A stretch of 64,000 nucleotides of DNA from Octopus sinensis (lineage: Eukaryota). Location: contig NW_021833065.1 of assembly GCF_006345805.1 (NCBI RefSeq), positions 558,001 to 622,000 on the forward strand, given 5' to 3'. The notes under the pieces were generated by a model. It did no database searches. It saw nothing but the letters and a program-made list of their open reading frames with translations, and had not been told where the DNA came from. Positions 26,678 to 39,932 of the stretch are shown here, piece by piece (position 1 is the first letter of the stretch; each line of letters begins with the position of its first letter). Made by a program: the position numbers and the translations under genes.

Positions 26678-27060
26678 GGAGGCGCAATGGCCCAGTGGTT
26701 AGGGCAGCGGACTCGCGGTCGTAGGATCGCGGTTTCGATTCCCAGACCGGGCGTTGTGAGTGTTTATTGAGCGAAAACACCTAAAGCTCTATGAGGCTCC
26801 GGCATGGATGGTGGTGATCCCTGCTGTACTCTTTCACCACAACTTTCTCTCACTCTTACTTCCTGTTTTTGTTGTACCTGTATTTCAAAGGGTCGGCCTT
26901 GTCACTCTCTGTGTCACGCTGAATATCCCCGAGAACTACGTTAAGGGTACACGTATCTGTGGAGTGCTCAGCCACTTACACGTTAATTTCACGAGCAGGC
27001 TGTTCCGTTGATTCGGATCAACCGGAACCCTCATCGTCGTAACCGACGGAGTGCTTCCAT
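26678..27060 (+). mobile_element. tRNA(Arg-like)-head SINE
   Basis: ggaggcgcaatggcccagtggttagggcagcggactcgcgg...ggtttcgattccc (A and B boxes). Related reverse copies near 53090-53200 and 53330-53420. Confidence 0.85.
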
Positions 27061-27714
27061 CACTCCACATAATGTACGCACTGGGTCACTTACTCATATA
27101 CACACACAGGTCCACATATTTTTCAGCTCGCCCACACATACTCACACACTCACCTCCATTCATTCATACATACACACTCACACACACACCATTCTCATGT
27201 ATGTACGCGCGCACGAGAGAATAAATTCGTTCAGCTGAGTTACTGTCAAAAATTCAACCACCATCGTCGAATCAAACTCAGATATACGGAACAATTAGTG
27301 ATAACAGAAAACAATAGAACTTTTGAAATATGTAGATGCCCATGATCTCAGAAACAACTTTGTGGGAACGAAGCGACTGTTTAACCGAGTGCGAATATCA
27401 GTGTGTAACCTCATAATCGCTGACAGCACCTCCGAGTTTGTTGATTATTTCGCTTATCCTGAAAGTTTACTTTCCAACAAATGTGTTTCTGAACAGGCCG
27501 TGGAACCCAGAATTGGATCAGTTTATTCTGCTTTTGAAAAACTAGCCAAAATGTCTTTAAGAAGAAAGATCTTGGGGGTTTACCAAGCTATCGTTATCTG
27601 AACATTGTTACACAGTTGTGAGACATGGACACATTATCTTCAAAACGTGCACTAAGAGTAAGAACAACGTAAAATTACTATCTGCTTTTATAGCAAGTTG
27701 ATGCTTATGGTTTA

Positions 27715-27945
27715 TCCCGGTGAGCTGGCAGAAACGTTAGCGCGCCGGGCGAAATGCTTAGCGGTATTTCGTCTGCCGTTACGTTCTGAGTTCAAATTCC
27801 GCCGAGGTCGACTTTGCCTTTCATCCTTTCGGGGTCGATTAAATAAGTACAGTTACGCACTGGGGTCGATATGATCGACTTAATCCGTTTGTCTGTCCTT
27901 GTTCGTCCTCTCTGTGTTTAGCCCCTTGTGGGTAGTAAAGAAATA
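27715..27945 (+). mobile_element. tRNA-derived SINE, the most abundant family in the window
   Basis: gagctggcagaaacgttagc...gagttcaaattcc...gtcgactttgcctttcatcctttcggggtcga...ccccttgtgggtagtaaagaaatagg. Other copies near 8380, 8900, 10030, 31780, 34893, 35770, 39430, 57405-58330, 61690 and 62825. Confidence 0.92.
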
Positions 27946-28039
27946 GGTTTATCCCGTCCCATCCGATTTTTAGTTCATGTAATTGAAAAAAACCGCATTA
28001 TTTATGGGATGACCCAATATAGATCGGTAGCCACTACAC

Positions 28040-28202
28040 ACATTTTTTTATCTCTCCTTGTTTCTTTCTGTGCTCCTTTCTGCGGAAGAGCGTAGGCTCG
28101 AAACGTTAAAGACTTTTCCAATTCCCGAGCGTTATACTAATACATCTGTTTGTTTTCTACACCACCTGTCTTCGTCTTTTGTCGTTTTCGTGAATTCTCC
28201 AC

Positions 28203-28205
<3 letters not shown>
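28040..28205 (+). mobile_element. PLE pLTR-like relic ending in (TA)n with an HHR-like motif (CTGCGGA core) at 28076-28111
   Basis: CTTT CTGCGGA agagc gtag gctc GAAAC GTT AAAG. Confidence 0.6.
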
Positions 28206-28246
<41 letters not shown>

Positions 28247-28263
28247 TATATACACACATATAT

Positions 28264-28310
<47 letters not shown>

Positions 28311-29039
28311 CATACATATATATATATATATATGGACACACGCAAACACATACACCGTTACGTTGTGTTGTCTGTTTCCATTAACGTAAGTACTGTACAA
28401 CTTTAACCAGTAAACGGAAGGACACATACTTAACAATACTAGTCTAGAAAAAGCGAACACTCGAAGTATATAAGCCAGTGTCATGAAACACGGCTACGAT
28501 GGCCAGATTACGTGGTTAAAATGGAAGAGAAATTCCTTCAAATCCTCGTCTGTGAATTCGCCACTGGGAAAGACCATGTGGATATCCTCTCCTCTGCGAC
28601 AGAGACCATCTAAAGTCAGCCCTCAAAAGAGATGACTGGAATTGAGATAAAGGGTGGAAACTGAAACGAAGAATCGTTCTAACTGGAGTCATTCTACCAC
28701 CACTGGAACTGATCTTTAAAATTGATGAAAAATTTTAACGTTCCTAATATATGCTACTAATATATTTTAAGGAAGATTCGTTTTCAAAGTTTTACCATAT
28801 ATTGTAGAAACCGAATTTATCTTCCTGGCTGAGATTCGAAATCGAATCCAATAATTCTTTTGTGTCAAAGCAAGCGGGAAAATCTCTTTGTCCTGTCAAA
28901 AGGAACACTGATTGATGTATTTCCACTTGACCCGTGACCTTACAGTGTCAGGGAAAGTTCAAATGGACAGCAAGTGATCTAAATGTGAAAAGACCACTCA
29001 TATAATAGTATATCGATAATAGTATAGCTGGAATGGGCC

Positions 29040-29340
29040 ATTATAAAAACTGGTGACCAGTAATAAAGTCACAGGAAAAAAGTAAAAAAAGTCGCGGTAA
29101 TAAAGTCACAATTTTGGTTAGGAAAAAAGTCACACTTAATTTATGGTGGCCGGTAATAAAGTCACAGGAAAAAAGTCACAATCAATTTCTGAGATCCGGA
29201 CATCCACCAGGACAAAACCCCCTCGGACACCCCTTCCCTGGACAAACCCCCTGTGACTTTTTTCTGACTTTTTCCCGTGGCTTCTTTTCCTGTGACTTTT
29301 TTTTTTTACCTGTGACTTTTTTGCCTGGATTCTAAATACC
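29040..29340. mobile_element. MITE-like element with inverted arrays of aaagtcaca/tgtgacttt subrepeats
   Basis: Repeated aaaaaagtcaca on the left and tgtgactttt on the right, around ggacaaaacccc motifs. TSD not identified. Confidence 0.6.
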
Positions 29341-29564
29341 GGCACTCCGTCAAGTACTGCTTCCACATTTAGGACGATACTGATACTAAGCCCACAAACG
29401 TCCCGAAACGCATTCAGAGAATGCCACACGACTAGTTGATACTCAAATCCTAACAGACACACTCAAGCCTCTGGCCTTCAGCCATGCTGTCTCCTTTCTT
29501 GTCTTTTCTATCGCTACTACAATGACCCCTATTCCCCAGAGCTGGGTGGTCTCGCAACTCCACA

Positions 29565-29730
29565 TAGAGCCGGTTCAAGATACCGGCAACTAAGGCAGTC
29601 GTCCGGGGCGCCGTATGTTAGGAGGCGCCAAGGAGGGCGTGACAAAGACGAGGAAAGTTCCATGAACATCAACTGGTACACGCCGAAGCTCAGCTTACCC
29701 GGGGCGCCGGCAGCTCTTGGGCCGGCCCTG
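29565..29730. mobile_element. 166-bp hAT (Tip100-like) MITE with a perfect 8-bp TSD
   Basis: TIRs tagagccggttcaag / cttgggccggccctg. actccaca on both sides (29557-29564, 29731-29738). Host is a LINE 3' fragment. Confidence 0.85.
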
Positions 29731-30492
29731 ACTCCACAACAAGGGTTGCCAGAGGTGAAGAAAGAGGCGAGTGGGTCGAAAATACCCGTCCACCTCTCAA
29801 CCTCTCCACCTCTCTACCTCATTGTTGCATCCAACATCCCGGCTACTGCTCTGATTATTATTCCTAGTCCTGCATCCCACGAACATTGGCTTCTGGAATC
29901 ATCTCCCTGTTCATGTCTTTCCTGCAGTTGTTGATCTGTAACAATTTGACCAGAACATGGACGGCATCACTTTCACTGGGCACGGAAGGTCTGCATAGGC
30001 GGCACCCTTCTTCCAGATTCAACAAATTAAAAACAAAACAAAACAAAACAAAAACACCGTAAGTATGGTAGCCTGCATTTAATTACGTATTTCTACATGT
30101 AGAAGGTACTCTTAAGAAAATTTTATGATGTTACTGATAGAGATGTTGAGAGACTGTTTGGTGGGTTTTCTTCATTGGGATTATTCTTTTATTCTTTTAT
30201 TCTTTTATTTGTTCCAGGCATTTGACTGCGGGAAGTGCTTCTGTTCCATTGCAGTCATAGTAGCCGTGATTATAGTTGTAGTAGTTGTAGAAATCGCTAT
30301 ATCTTTGCGTCGCCGTCGCATTGTTGTCTTAGCATTTGTTTAGGCTTCGTGCCGAGAATAAAAACGAGTTGTTATAACATTTCCTTTCCCCTCCTTCAGC
30401 ACTGGTTCACGACTTCATTTGGAATCGTCCGAAGCAGTCATTTACAGCGCAGTAGAGTAAAAGGCAAATGTACGTATTGTGTTTGTGTGTGA

Positions 30493-30549
<57 letters not shown>

Positions 30550-30604
30550 TCCGTGTATGTAATGTGTATATTTCTTGGGTATGGGTCTTGATGTGTTAGA
30601 CATA

Positions 30605-31000
30605 CTCTTTTACTCTTTTACTCATTTACTTGTTTCAGTCATTTGACTGTGGCCATGCTGGAGCACCGCCTTTAGTCGAGCAAATCGACCCCAGGACTTA
30701 TTCTTTGTAAGCCTAGTACTTATTCTATCCGTCTCTTTTGTCGAACCGCTAAGTTACGGGGACGTAAACACACCAGCATCGATTGTCAAGCGATGTTGGG
30801 GGGGGGGAAGAACACAACCATAAACACACACACACATACACACATATATATACATATATACGACGGGCTTCTTTTCAGTTTCCGTCTACCAAATCCACTC
30901 ACAAGGCTTTGGTCGGCCCGAGGCTATAGTAGAAGACACTTACCCATGGTGCCACGCAGTGGGACTGAACCCGGAACCATGTGGTTCGTAAGCAAGCTAC
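30605..31000 (-). mobile_element. CORE-type tRNA SINE with a CR1-like tail (second copy 33140-33545; forward fragment 8140-8300)
   Basis: Reverse strand has ...cgtggcacc..gggcaagtgtcttc (CORE-like) and the tail ccagcatggccgcagtcaaatgactgaaacaagtaaaaga. Confidence 0.8.
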
Positions 31001-32254
31001 TTGCATGCATATTTATTACTTTCTTCTTCTGTAGCGTCTGTATGCATGTAGGATTATTTATATCCACACAGCTACATACACACACAGACACATACACACA
31101 CAGACATATACACACAGCTAAATTGAAACTATTTTTGTTGAGCTGTTTCCGAGCCTGTAACTAAGATAAATGATAAGAAAGAAGCATGGAGCGTTTTGCG
31201 TTTATTTTGTTATAATATAATGAGAGATTTCCGCAATATGTCCTCTATCATCAGTTAAAATGGACTGAATACAAATTGAAAGACTGATCGAGTCCTCTGT
31301 GTCTCAATCACACCAATGGACCTGAATGTCTTTCTAATAGCAGTTTTCAACATGGCAACACTGCTGTGAGTGTTGCATTTGGACTCGTCCTCAATGTTAA
31401 TTTAGTTTCTTTATTAGCCACAAGGGCCCAAACATAGAGGGGGGCAAAGAAGGACAGACAGGACACCACAGAGGGGACAATGTTAACTCGTATCCAGAAG
31501 TCACACGGATTCAAAATCTTTTAAGCTAGAAAGCCAGACTTCTTCGGAGACAAACAATGGAATTTTCACCTTCAAATAATCATGCATATACCTTTAATCG
31601 TCTACTAGTGCAGAAAGCATAACTAACCTCATTCAGATAATTTTTTAATAATCCACAGCATCGGAACATTATGAAAGATGTTTAGATACTTAGTCGTCTC
31701 ATGTTGAAATGAACTTTGATCATATGAGGTGGCGTCACACCTCACTTCATCGCTTCTGACGGTTCTAAATACCTATTTCTTTATTAATAGGTATTAAGTC
31801 GATTACATCGACCCCAGTGCGTAACTGGTACTTAATTTATCGACCCCGAAAGGATGAAAGGCAAAGTCGACCTCGGCGGAATTTGAACTCACAACGTAAC
31901 GCAGACGAAATACCGCTAAGCATTTCGCCCGGCGTGCTAACGTTTCTGCCAGCTCGCCGCCTCTAAATACCATCACTGAGACTGTTCTCGTTTTGCATAA
32001 AAACAGGAATTTCGAAAGGCTCGAAAGCAATAACGCTTCAATTGTGAAGATTAATGATTTGGTTGATTACAAATTTCTTTTCGCTGGCGAAAATTCTTAC
32101 CTTCCTCCATTGTGTTTCCGGTAGTTAAGACGTATGGAGCTTGCTCAGCCCTTAAAACCTTTGGTTGTGAGAATGCGTGAACGTCGGCAAACGTATAACT
32201 TCAAATGTAAGTCGCCTTTAACAGCCTTAGATTCATTAGTCCGAGGTACTTATT

Positions 32255-33014
32255 TTTTGTTAAAGTTGTCGTATTTGGTAATTTCAACCAATCAATGACG
32301 TGTATTCAGCTAAATAAAAATTACTGCTGTTGTTTGTCATCAACAACTTCTGGCGGTGTATATTTCGTTTGTCACTGTTATTTATAACATATTTAATCTC
32401 AGTTACATTTGTATGAATAAACGAATGTATCTAAAGCATGTTTACTTCATGGCACCATCATAATCGTTCGTGCTTCATTTTTCATTTTTTCCGTAATTCT
32501 AACCCTAAAACCCCACCCCTAACCCTAAAACCTTAACCCTAACCCTAACTCTAAAACCCTAACCCTAACCCTAAAACCCTAACCCTAAAACTCTAGCCCT
32601 AACCATAAAACCCTAACCCTAACCATAACTCTAAGACCCTAACCCTAACCCTAACCCTAAAACGCGAACCCTAAAACTCTAGCCCTAACCCTAAAATCTT
32701 AAAGCTGAAACCAGTACAAACGCACGAACGATGTCATAAATAACAGTGACAAACGAAATATACACCACCGATAGTTGTTGTTGACAAACAACGGCAGTAA
32801 TTTTATTCAGTTGAATACACGTCATTGATTGGTTGAAATTACCGAAATACGACAACTTTAACAAAAAAAATTACCTCCAAAATACAGAATTTTCTCAACA
32901 ACGCCAAGAGTAAAAGATGTTTTATGTGACACATTCTACAAGTATACGAAGTTTGAAAGTATTTAGTTATAAAAAATAATTTTTTTAAATCGGTCGGTCA
33001 AAAGGTAAAAGATC
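32255..33014. mobile_element. GGATC-family MITE relic with an internal inverted repeat around a (TAACCC)-like tract
   Basis: About 130-bp inverted arms (32258-32390 vs 32730-32870). Degenerate telomere-like repeats 32500-32700. Right terminus aaaagatcc. Left terminus missing. Confidence 0.75.
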
Positions 33015-33869
33015 CGTAAAGAGTCTTGTATTCTGTTATTTTATTCTACTTATTTATTCACAATTGAATATATTTTGTTCACTTAAAAATTGGAATTTTG
33101 GAAAATAAAAGTTTTGTTTTTTACAACCGCAATTTCCGTGTTTACTCTTTACTCTCTCTTTTACTTGTTTCAGTCATTTGACTGCGGCCATGCTGGAGCA
33201 CCGCCTTTAGTCGAGCAAATCGACTCCGGGACTTATTCTTTGTAAGCCCAGTACTTATTCTATTGGTCTCTTTTACCGAACCGCTAAGTGACGGGGACGT
33301 AAACACACCAGCATCGGTTGTCAAGCAATGCTAGGGGGACAAACACAGACACACAAACATATACACCCACACATATATATATACATATATATGACAGGCT
33401 TCTTTCAGTTTCCGTCTACCAAATCCACTCACAAGGCATTGGTCGGCCCGGGGCTATAGCAGAAGACACTTGCCCAAGATGCCACGCAGTGGGACTGAAC
33501 CCGGAACCATGTGGCTGGTTAGCAAGCTACTTACCACACAGCCAACGAAATTATAAAAAAAATTTTTTTAAGATTTAGCTGTTATTTCTAGCATGTGGAG
33601 AGATCTTCTAGGCTTAACTTCATGCGCTGGTTGAAAGTCATTAAAAAAATTCTGGGATCGTTACATTCAACTAAATATTCTTCAAGGTGGTGCCCCAGCA
33701 TGGCCACGACAGTCTAATGATTACAATAAGTAAAAAGAAAAACGAAACGAAAAAAAATAACCGAAAAATATAACCATGGGGCTTTTGTCTGAGAGGCTTT
33801 TGTCCACTTTCACACTCTAACTATGGCCGCATCATAGCCGCAGTCTGAAAAAAAAAAAAAAAGATAATA

Positions 33870-33971
<102 letters not shown>

Positions 33972-34045
33972 CATGCGGCATAAAAATTTCTCAAGTTGTT
34001 ATTTATCAAGAATGGTGAATCTGGAAAATTTTTTTGCCGCACATT

Positions 34046-34099
<54 letters not shown>

Positions 34100-34892
34100 C
34101 CACACACACACGCACACATATACCCACACACACACGCATATATCCTTCTCTATAGTACACCTATAGTTCCCCCCCCACTACGTACGCACGCACACACGCA
34201 CTCTCACACATACATATACCAACGCACGTTTACTACTTACATATCTCTCACACTATAACACTATAGCGCTGCAAATGCTTGTTTTGGACGATTCCAAATG
34301 AAAAAGTAACCCTTGTTAAAGAAGGGATATGGGAAAATTCATTACTACTACAGCGACTACCACGACGACGACGACGACGACGACGACTTCCACGGCTACG
34401 ACTACAATCATGACTATAGCCACTGCAAGAGAACGGGCGCACTTTCTGGCTGTATTTAAAAGTACACGTTTTACAGTTCACTTTGACCAGTACAGCATGC
34501 CATTTCGTTAAAGTGCTCCCGACTTTATTCCCCTTTCCTTTGTAGACTGGAGTGCACTGACACAGTATTATTTTGACATAACTAACTTAGCCACATTGGT
34601 AGTTGTTGTTTTTGTTACATTTACAAGACAAAGTCTGGAGACGGACCTGTCAGGGAAAGAAATTAAAAGCAAAAACATCATACACGCATGCATACACACA
34701 TGTACGAACGCACGCACGCACACACATACACACACGCGCGTGCGCGCACGCAGATACAGACACATACATGTGCACACGCGCACACACGCACGTACACACG
34801 CGCACACACGCACGTACACACGCGCACACACGCATAGATCAGCATACGTTTATGTACTTGCATGTTTTCAGGTATATTTGAGTTATATTAAA

Positions 34893-35310
34893 GGCGACGA
34901 GCTGGCAGAAACGTTAGCGCGCCGGGCGAAATGCTTTGCGGTATTTCGTCTGCCGTTACGTTGTGAGTTCAAATTCCGCTGAGGTCGACTTTGCCTTTCA
35001 TCCTTTCGGGGTCGATAAATTAAGTACCAGTTACGCACTGGGGTCGATGTAATCGACTTAATACCTATGTCTGTCCTTGTTTGTCCCCTCTGTGTTTAGC
35101 CCCTTGTGGGTAATAAAGAAATAGGTATTTCGTCTGCCGTTACGTTCTGAGTTCAAATTCCGCCGAGGTCGACTTTGCCTTTCATCCTTTCGGGGTCGAT
35201 AAATTAAGTACCAGTTACGCACTGGGGTCGATGTAATCGACTTAATACCTATGTGTGTCCTTGTTTGTCCCCTCTATGTTTAGCCCCTTGTGGGTAATAA
35301 AGAAATAGGT
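34893..35310 (+). mobile_element. SINE with a tandemly duplicated body (head-body-tail-body-tail)
   Basis: The second unit restarts at ggtatttcgtctgccgttacg (~35124). Confidence 0.85.
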
Positions 35311-35389
35311 ATATTTGAGTTTGAACATGTATATACATAAGAATATCCATAAATTTGGTTAACTGTACATACACGCGCGCTCGCGCACG

Positions 35390-35427
<38 letters not shown>

Positions 35428-35982
35428 CACTCACTCACTAACTCCTTCTCTCTTACTGTCTCTCTCCTCGAACAAATATGCTAGTGCTAACACACTATCT
35501 TAAAGATAGCGGATAGCGTTTTTGATATAGAGATTACTAATTATATATTTTTACATGGAAGTGAAGAGAAGCCAAGGGGTATTTGACTGAGGGGCGAATG
35601 AGTGACATTAATGAAGAGGATTTGTCTTTGTCTTGAAATATTTATAGTTATTGTTTAGCAACAGGTCAGCTGTGATTGAGTAGGCATATGATAGATGCCT
35701 TCCATCTGTAACTGATTTCTATTATTTGAGGGATTACAAAAGTAGCGAGCCGGATTAGTGCTATTTTTTCTTGTTTTTTGTTCTGAGTTCAAATTCTGCT
35801 GAGGTCGACTTTGACTTTCATCCTTTCAGAATCAATAAAATAAGTACCATTTGAACATTGGGGTCAATGTAATCTACCAGCTTCCATCACAATCCAATTT
35901 TCAGGTCTTGTACCTTCTGCACAAGTAGAAAGAATTATTTGAGGGATTACGTTCTCTAAATCACCCTTTCTTTTTGAAGGCG

Positions 35983-36068
<86 letters not shown>

Positions 36069-36328
36069 TACACACACACACACACACATACATACACACA
36101 TACACACACACACACGCACACACACACACATTTGGAATGGTGGAGTGGTGGATCTTGAAGCACATTAAGCTAAAAATAATAACATGTAAATATTCATATA
36201 CACCTATATGAAAACCTCCATCGTTAAGAGTCGACCATATTCTGCGTCTGGGAAATGTCTCTTCGGGGCCCAGGTTTAGGAAAAATTTGTAGCAGTTATT
36301 CAGCATTTACCCGAATGTCGTGATTCGC

Positions 36329-36669
36329 TGTAATGTCGCTCACATGATCAGCGAATCTGACCAATCGCAGCTTCACTAGGAAAGAATATTGCGCACATGA
36401 TCAACAGGGTCTGGCCAATCACAACTTCATGTGGAATAAGGCTCCAGCGACTAATCTCACTTTTGATGCCTTACTTCTTGAGCCTCTCAGTTGGTAGAAA
36501 ATGACACACACATACGACCAAGACCAAGAGAGCCTCCAGAGTGCTCTGAGAGAGCACAGAGATAGCCTTCGGTTGTAGCAGAGACGACTGATAGTCAACA
36601 TGGTGAAGATATACGGGCAGCGGCTGCGTAGACGAACTACCGACACCAACACAGAGCTAACTTTCAACA
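36329..36669. mobile_element. Putative solo LTR
   Basis: TGTAAT...CAACA termini. Flanks ttcgc/ttcga (5-bp TSD, one mismatch). Two CCAAT motifs. GC richer than the surroundings. Confidence 0.55.
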
Positions 36670-37694
36670 TTCGAACTATTCATAGCAACACGATGACTTT
36701 TCTATACTATTTCTATTTTAATTACAATTAAATTCTCTCAACATTTGTCGTAAAACTCTTTCAGTCACACCAATTACTATAATGTCTAACTCTATCACAA
36801 GAAACAAAGCTGTTCATAAAATAACCGTTTTCGTCATTTTCTTCTAAGTACATGTCCATGTAAGATTAGCTGTTGCCTGACGTTATGGAAGGAAGATGCA
36901 GGGCCGATACATCTTGTCCTTAGTATCATCATAACAGCTACAATTTGAACATTAAGATCCGTAACAGATATAGATATCTCAACTCATTACATTCGAACTT
37001 TGAAAAGTTCATCCACTTACTGCCATCGACTGGTATCTTAATCAACTCAAGAAGCGTAAAAGGCAAAGTTGGCTTGGACAGGATTTGAACAGATATTCAC
37101 ATCACATTGGCAGCTATTTTCACTACTTTGTGCGTCTTGATTGTGTGCTTATTTGTTCTATGTATTGATTATGTATATTAGCAAATCTACCCATCTACAA
37201 TGGAGGCATTAAATGCGGGAAGTAATAACAGCAGTATGTATTGAGAAATGTGTAAATGGACTTGATAGATTACTGGGTGATGTCTTAGAGAAATCACATT
37301 ATTGTTGGTGATACAGCAGTCTCTTGCAGCCATATGACATGTGTTTGCGACTAAGTGACATATAATGACAATTCACTCCCGAACTGAAAAAAGCCTCCAG
37401 CCTCTGTATCATGAATGGTTATATAGACCACTCCTAACGAAAGCCAGAGCTTCCTTCGACCACTACATAAAAAGTATTAAGAAAAAAAAAATGTTATTTA
37501 GATATATTTTAATTTTAGTTGTTTAAACTATTTTACGCTTGTTTATACTCTTATTCAAAGTTCACAAATTTCCTTATTTAAATTATGAATCATATTCCTT
37601 TCGATAATATCAATATGATTACAAAACTTCTTTGCAGACATTATTTACATTATTTATATTTGACGGATAGTTGTCCTCATCTTGTTTGTTGTTT

Positions 37695-37739
37695 ACACAA
37701 CGATTCGGCTGATATATCCTTCCAGCCTTCATCAGGTGT
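37695..37739 (-). ncRNA. Mutated HHR relic (GAATC in place of GAAAC) in a PLE pLTR fragment
   Basis: Reverse complement: ACAC CTGATGA a GGCTG gaaggatatat CAGCC GAATC GTT GTGT. Confidence 0.65.
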
Positions 37740-37810
37740 CTTGGGGAAATTTCGAACCTGGATTTTCATTCCTAAGGTGTTTTTCGATGTTGTTGTTGTT
37801 GTTATTGTTG

Positions 37811-37904
<94 letters not shown>

Positions 37905-37907
<3 letters not shown>

Positions 37908-38695
37908 CACTACAGTGTCAGTTGTTCACTAAAGTAACACCTCTTATTTTTCGAGCACCTTCCGCCGGAGTATTCGAGCGGTTCCAAGCAGTGTTGTTTT
38001 CTGCAAGTGCTCCACCCTTATTGCAGCCTCTATTTGTTCCACGTACTTCTCGAGATTTTTGCTCACTGTTCCCAGGACTAGTATTGATACTACTGCTACA
38101 TTTTTCATCGACCACAACTGCTTAACTTCCCAAGCTAACCTGTCATATCTCTCAACTTTTCTTTCTTCCTTATCACATACCTTGTTGTCTGCTGGTCATG
38201 CTATATCTATGACCCAGCATAGTTCGATTTCTATCTCAATTAAGACTATGTCCGGCTTCCTATTCTCTATCTGATGGTCACACTGAATCATAAAATCCCA
38301 TAGAATCTTTGGTTTTCTATTTTCGACGATGCCTTCAGGTTTGTGGTCGTACCAATTTTTTGCTCTGTCAAGTCCATACTTGTTGCAGAGTGTTCAATGG
38401 ACAAGCCTGGCTATATTGTCGTGGTGTCTCTTATATTCGTTCAGGGATAATGGCGTACATTGGCTAGTAATATGCCATACGGTTTCAACGTTTTGCCCAC
38501 AGATTCTGCATTTATCACTTTCTGCTGTGTTGTCTATTCTGTATTTTATTTGGTTTGTTCTTAGTGCTTGCTGTTGGGCAGCACAGATTAGAGCCTCCGT
38601 TTCCGGTTTTAAATCACTTTTAGTCTGTCTTATCTTTAACATCTCTGTGAAATTGACCATGCATTCTTTTCTTTACCCACCTATTTTCAGCTTCT
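37905..38695 (-). mobile_element. 5'-truncated Dong/R4-clade (restriction-like endonuclease) non-LTR element ending in (TAA)n
   Basis: KRMHGQF, CRICGQNVETVWHITSQC, KRHHDNIA, ILWDFMIQCD, RKPDIVL, IDIACP and LGTARILR. A short 3' UTR runs directly into (TAA)n (37805-37905 on minus). Confidence 0.9.
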
Positions 38696-38936
38696 GAGCG
38701 TGCGTGTGTTTGTGTTTGTCCTCCACTAACGTTTCACAACCAGTGTTGGTGTGTTTATGCCACCGAAATTTAGGGGTTCAACAAAAGAGACTAATAGAAT
38801 AAGTATCACGTTTAAGAATAAGCTGTGGGGTCAATTCGTCCGACTAAAATTCTTCAATACCCCAGCATGGCCGCAGTCAATTGACTGAAACAAATAAGAG
38901 AATAAAAGAAATAAAAAGAATATATGGATGTGTGTA

Positions 38937-38990
<54 letters not shown>

Positions 38991-39378
38991 ACACACACAA
39001 ATACACTCCACTAAAAATAAGTATAGAAGAGCTCAGCTGCGAAAACTTACCAGAGAATATGTATAACTGTATTATGTTGTTGAAAATATCAAATAATTTT
39101 CTTTTTTCGTCATTTTTATTTGATCTAGCGGAACAACAACAGCATAAACATCATAGTATTTGAAGCTTTGAACGTTAAAATAAATGCATTTATATGTTTT
39201 AGACACATATATGAACTAGCAACTGTTTTCGTTTCTGTCTGTAGATATGATTTGTGAATATGCTGTGCATGGATGTAGGTTTGCTTTGATCAATATGATA
39301 TACAGGCGCAGGTATGGCTGTGTGGTAAGAAGTTTGCTTGCCTGGCATAAGGTTTCGAGTTCAGTCCTCGCGTATATA

Positions 39379-39434
<56 letters not shown>

Positions 39435-39590
39435 GTTCTGAGTTCAATTCCGCCGAGGTCGACATTGCCTTTCATCCTTCGGGGTCGATAAATTAAGTAC
39501 CAGTTACGCACTGGGGTCGATATAATCGACTTAATCCGTTTGTCTGTCCTTGTTTGTCCTCTCTGTGTTTAGCCCCTTGTGGGTAGTAAA

Positions 39591-39686
<96 letters not shown>

Positions 39687-39879
39687 TACATTATATAAAA
39701 GGGCTTAGTAAAATAAATTACTTTGCCGCATACTGAACTCATTAGAAATAGCAGCTAAAAAACTTTTTTAAAACTATTTCTAATACTTAAAGAAAACCTC
39801 TCTCATATAGTGTTTGCTCAATTCAACTCACGCAAATATTGGGGGAGAGAGACATTAAAAAATCAAGTGCAAAGGTTAT

Positions 39880-39932
39880 TGAGAACGTACGTTTCAAGAT
39901 TAGTCAAAATCGACATTTCTATCATCAGCTCA
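39880..39932 (-). ncRNA. Minimal type-I hammerhead ribozyme, first of 16 tandem copies (last at 48223-48275)
   Basis: Reverse complement: TGAG CTGATGA t aga aat gtcg attt tgac taa tct t GAAAC gtac GTT^ CTCA. Predicted cut between 39884 and 39883. Confidence 0.85.

Larger units (their letters stand above)
27270..28700 (+). mobile_element. RTE LINE RT C-terminal remnant split by later insertions
   Basis: 27270-27660: KILGVYQAIVI*TLLHSCETWT. 28440-28600: RLRWPDYVVKMEE and EFATGKRP. A SINE (27715-27945) and a PLE relic lie between them. Confidence 0.72.

Noticed and set aside
26678-26750. Functional tRNA genes at SINE heads
   Set aside because: They lack proper acceptor-stem pairing and continue into SINE bodies.
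32125-32206. Possible 82-bp exon (tag|...|gtaagt; LRRMELAQPLKPLVVRMRERRQTYNFK)
   Set aside because: Splice-like ends and one open frame, but no recognisable homology or partner exons. Expected by chance in 64 kb.
32500-32700. True telomere or chromosome-fusion scar
   Set aside because: The repeats are degenerate, single-orientation and enclosed by MITE arms. A similar tract lies inside the MITE at 61785-62243.
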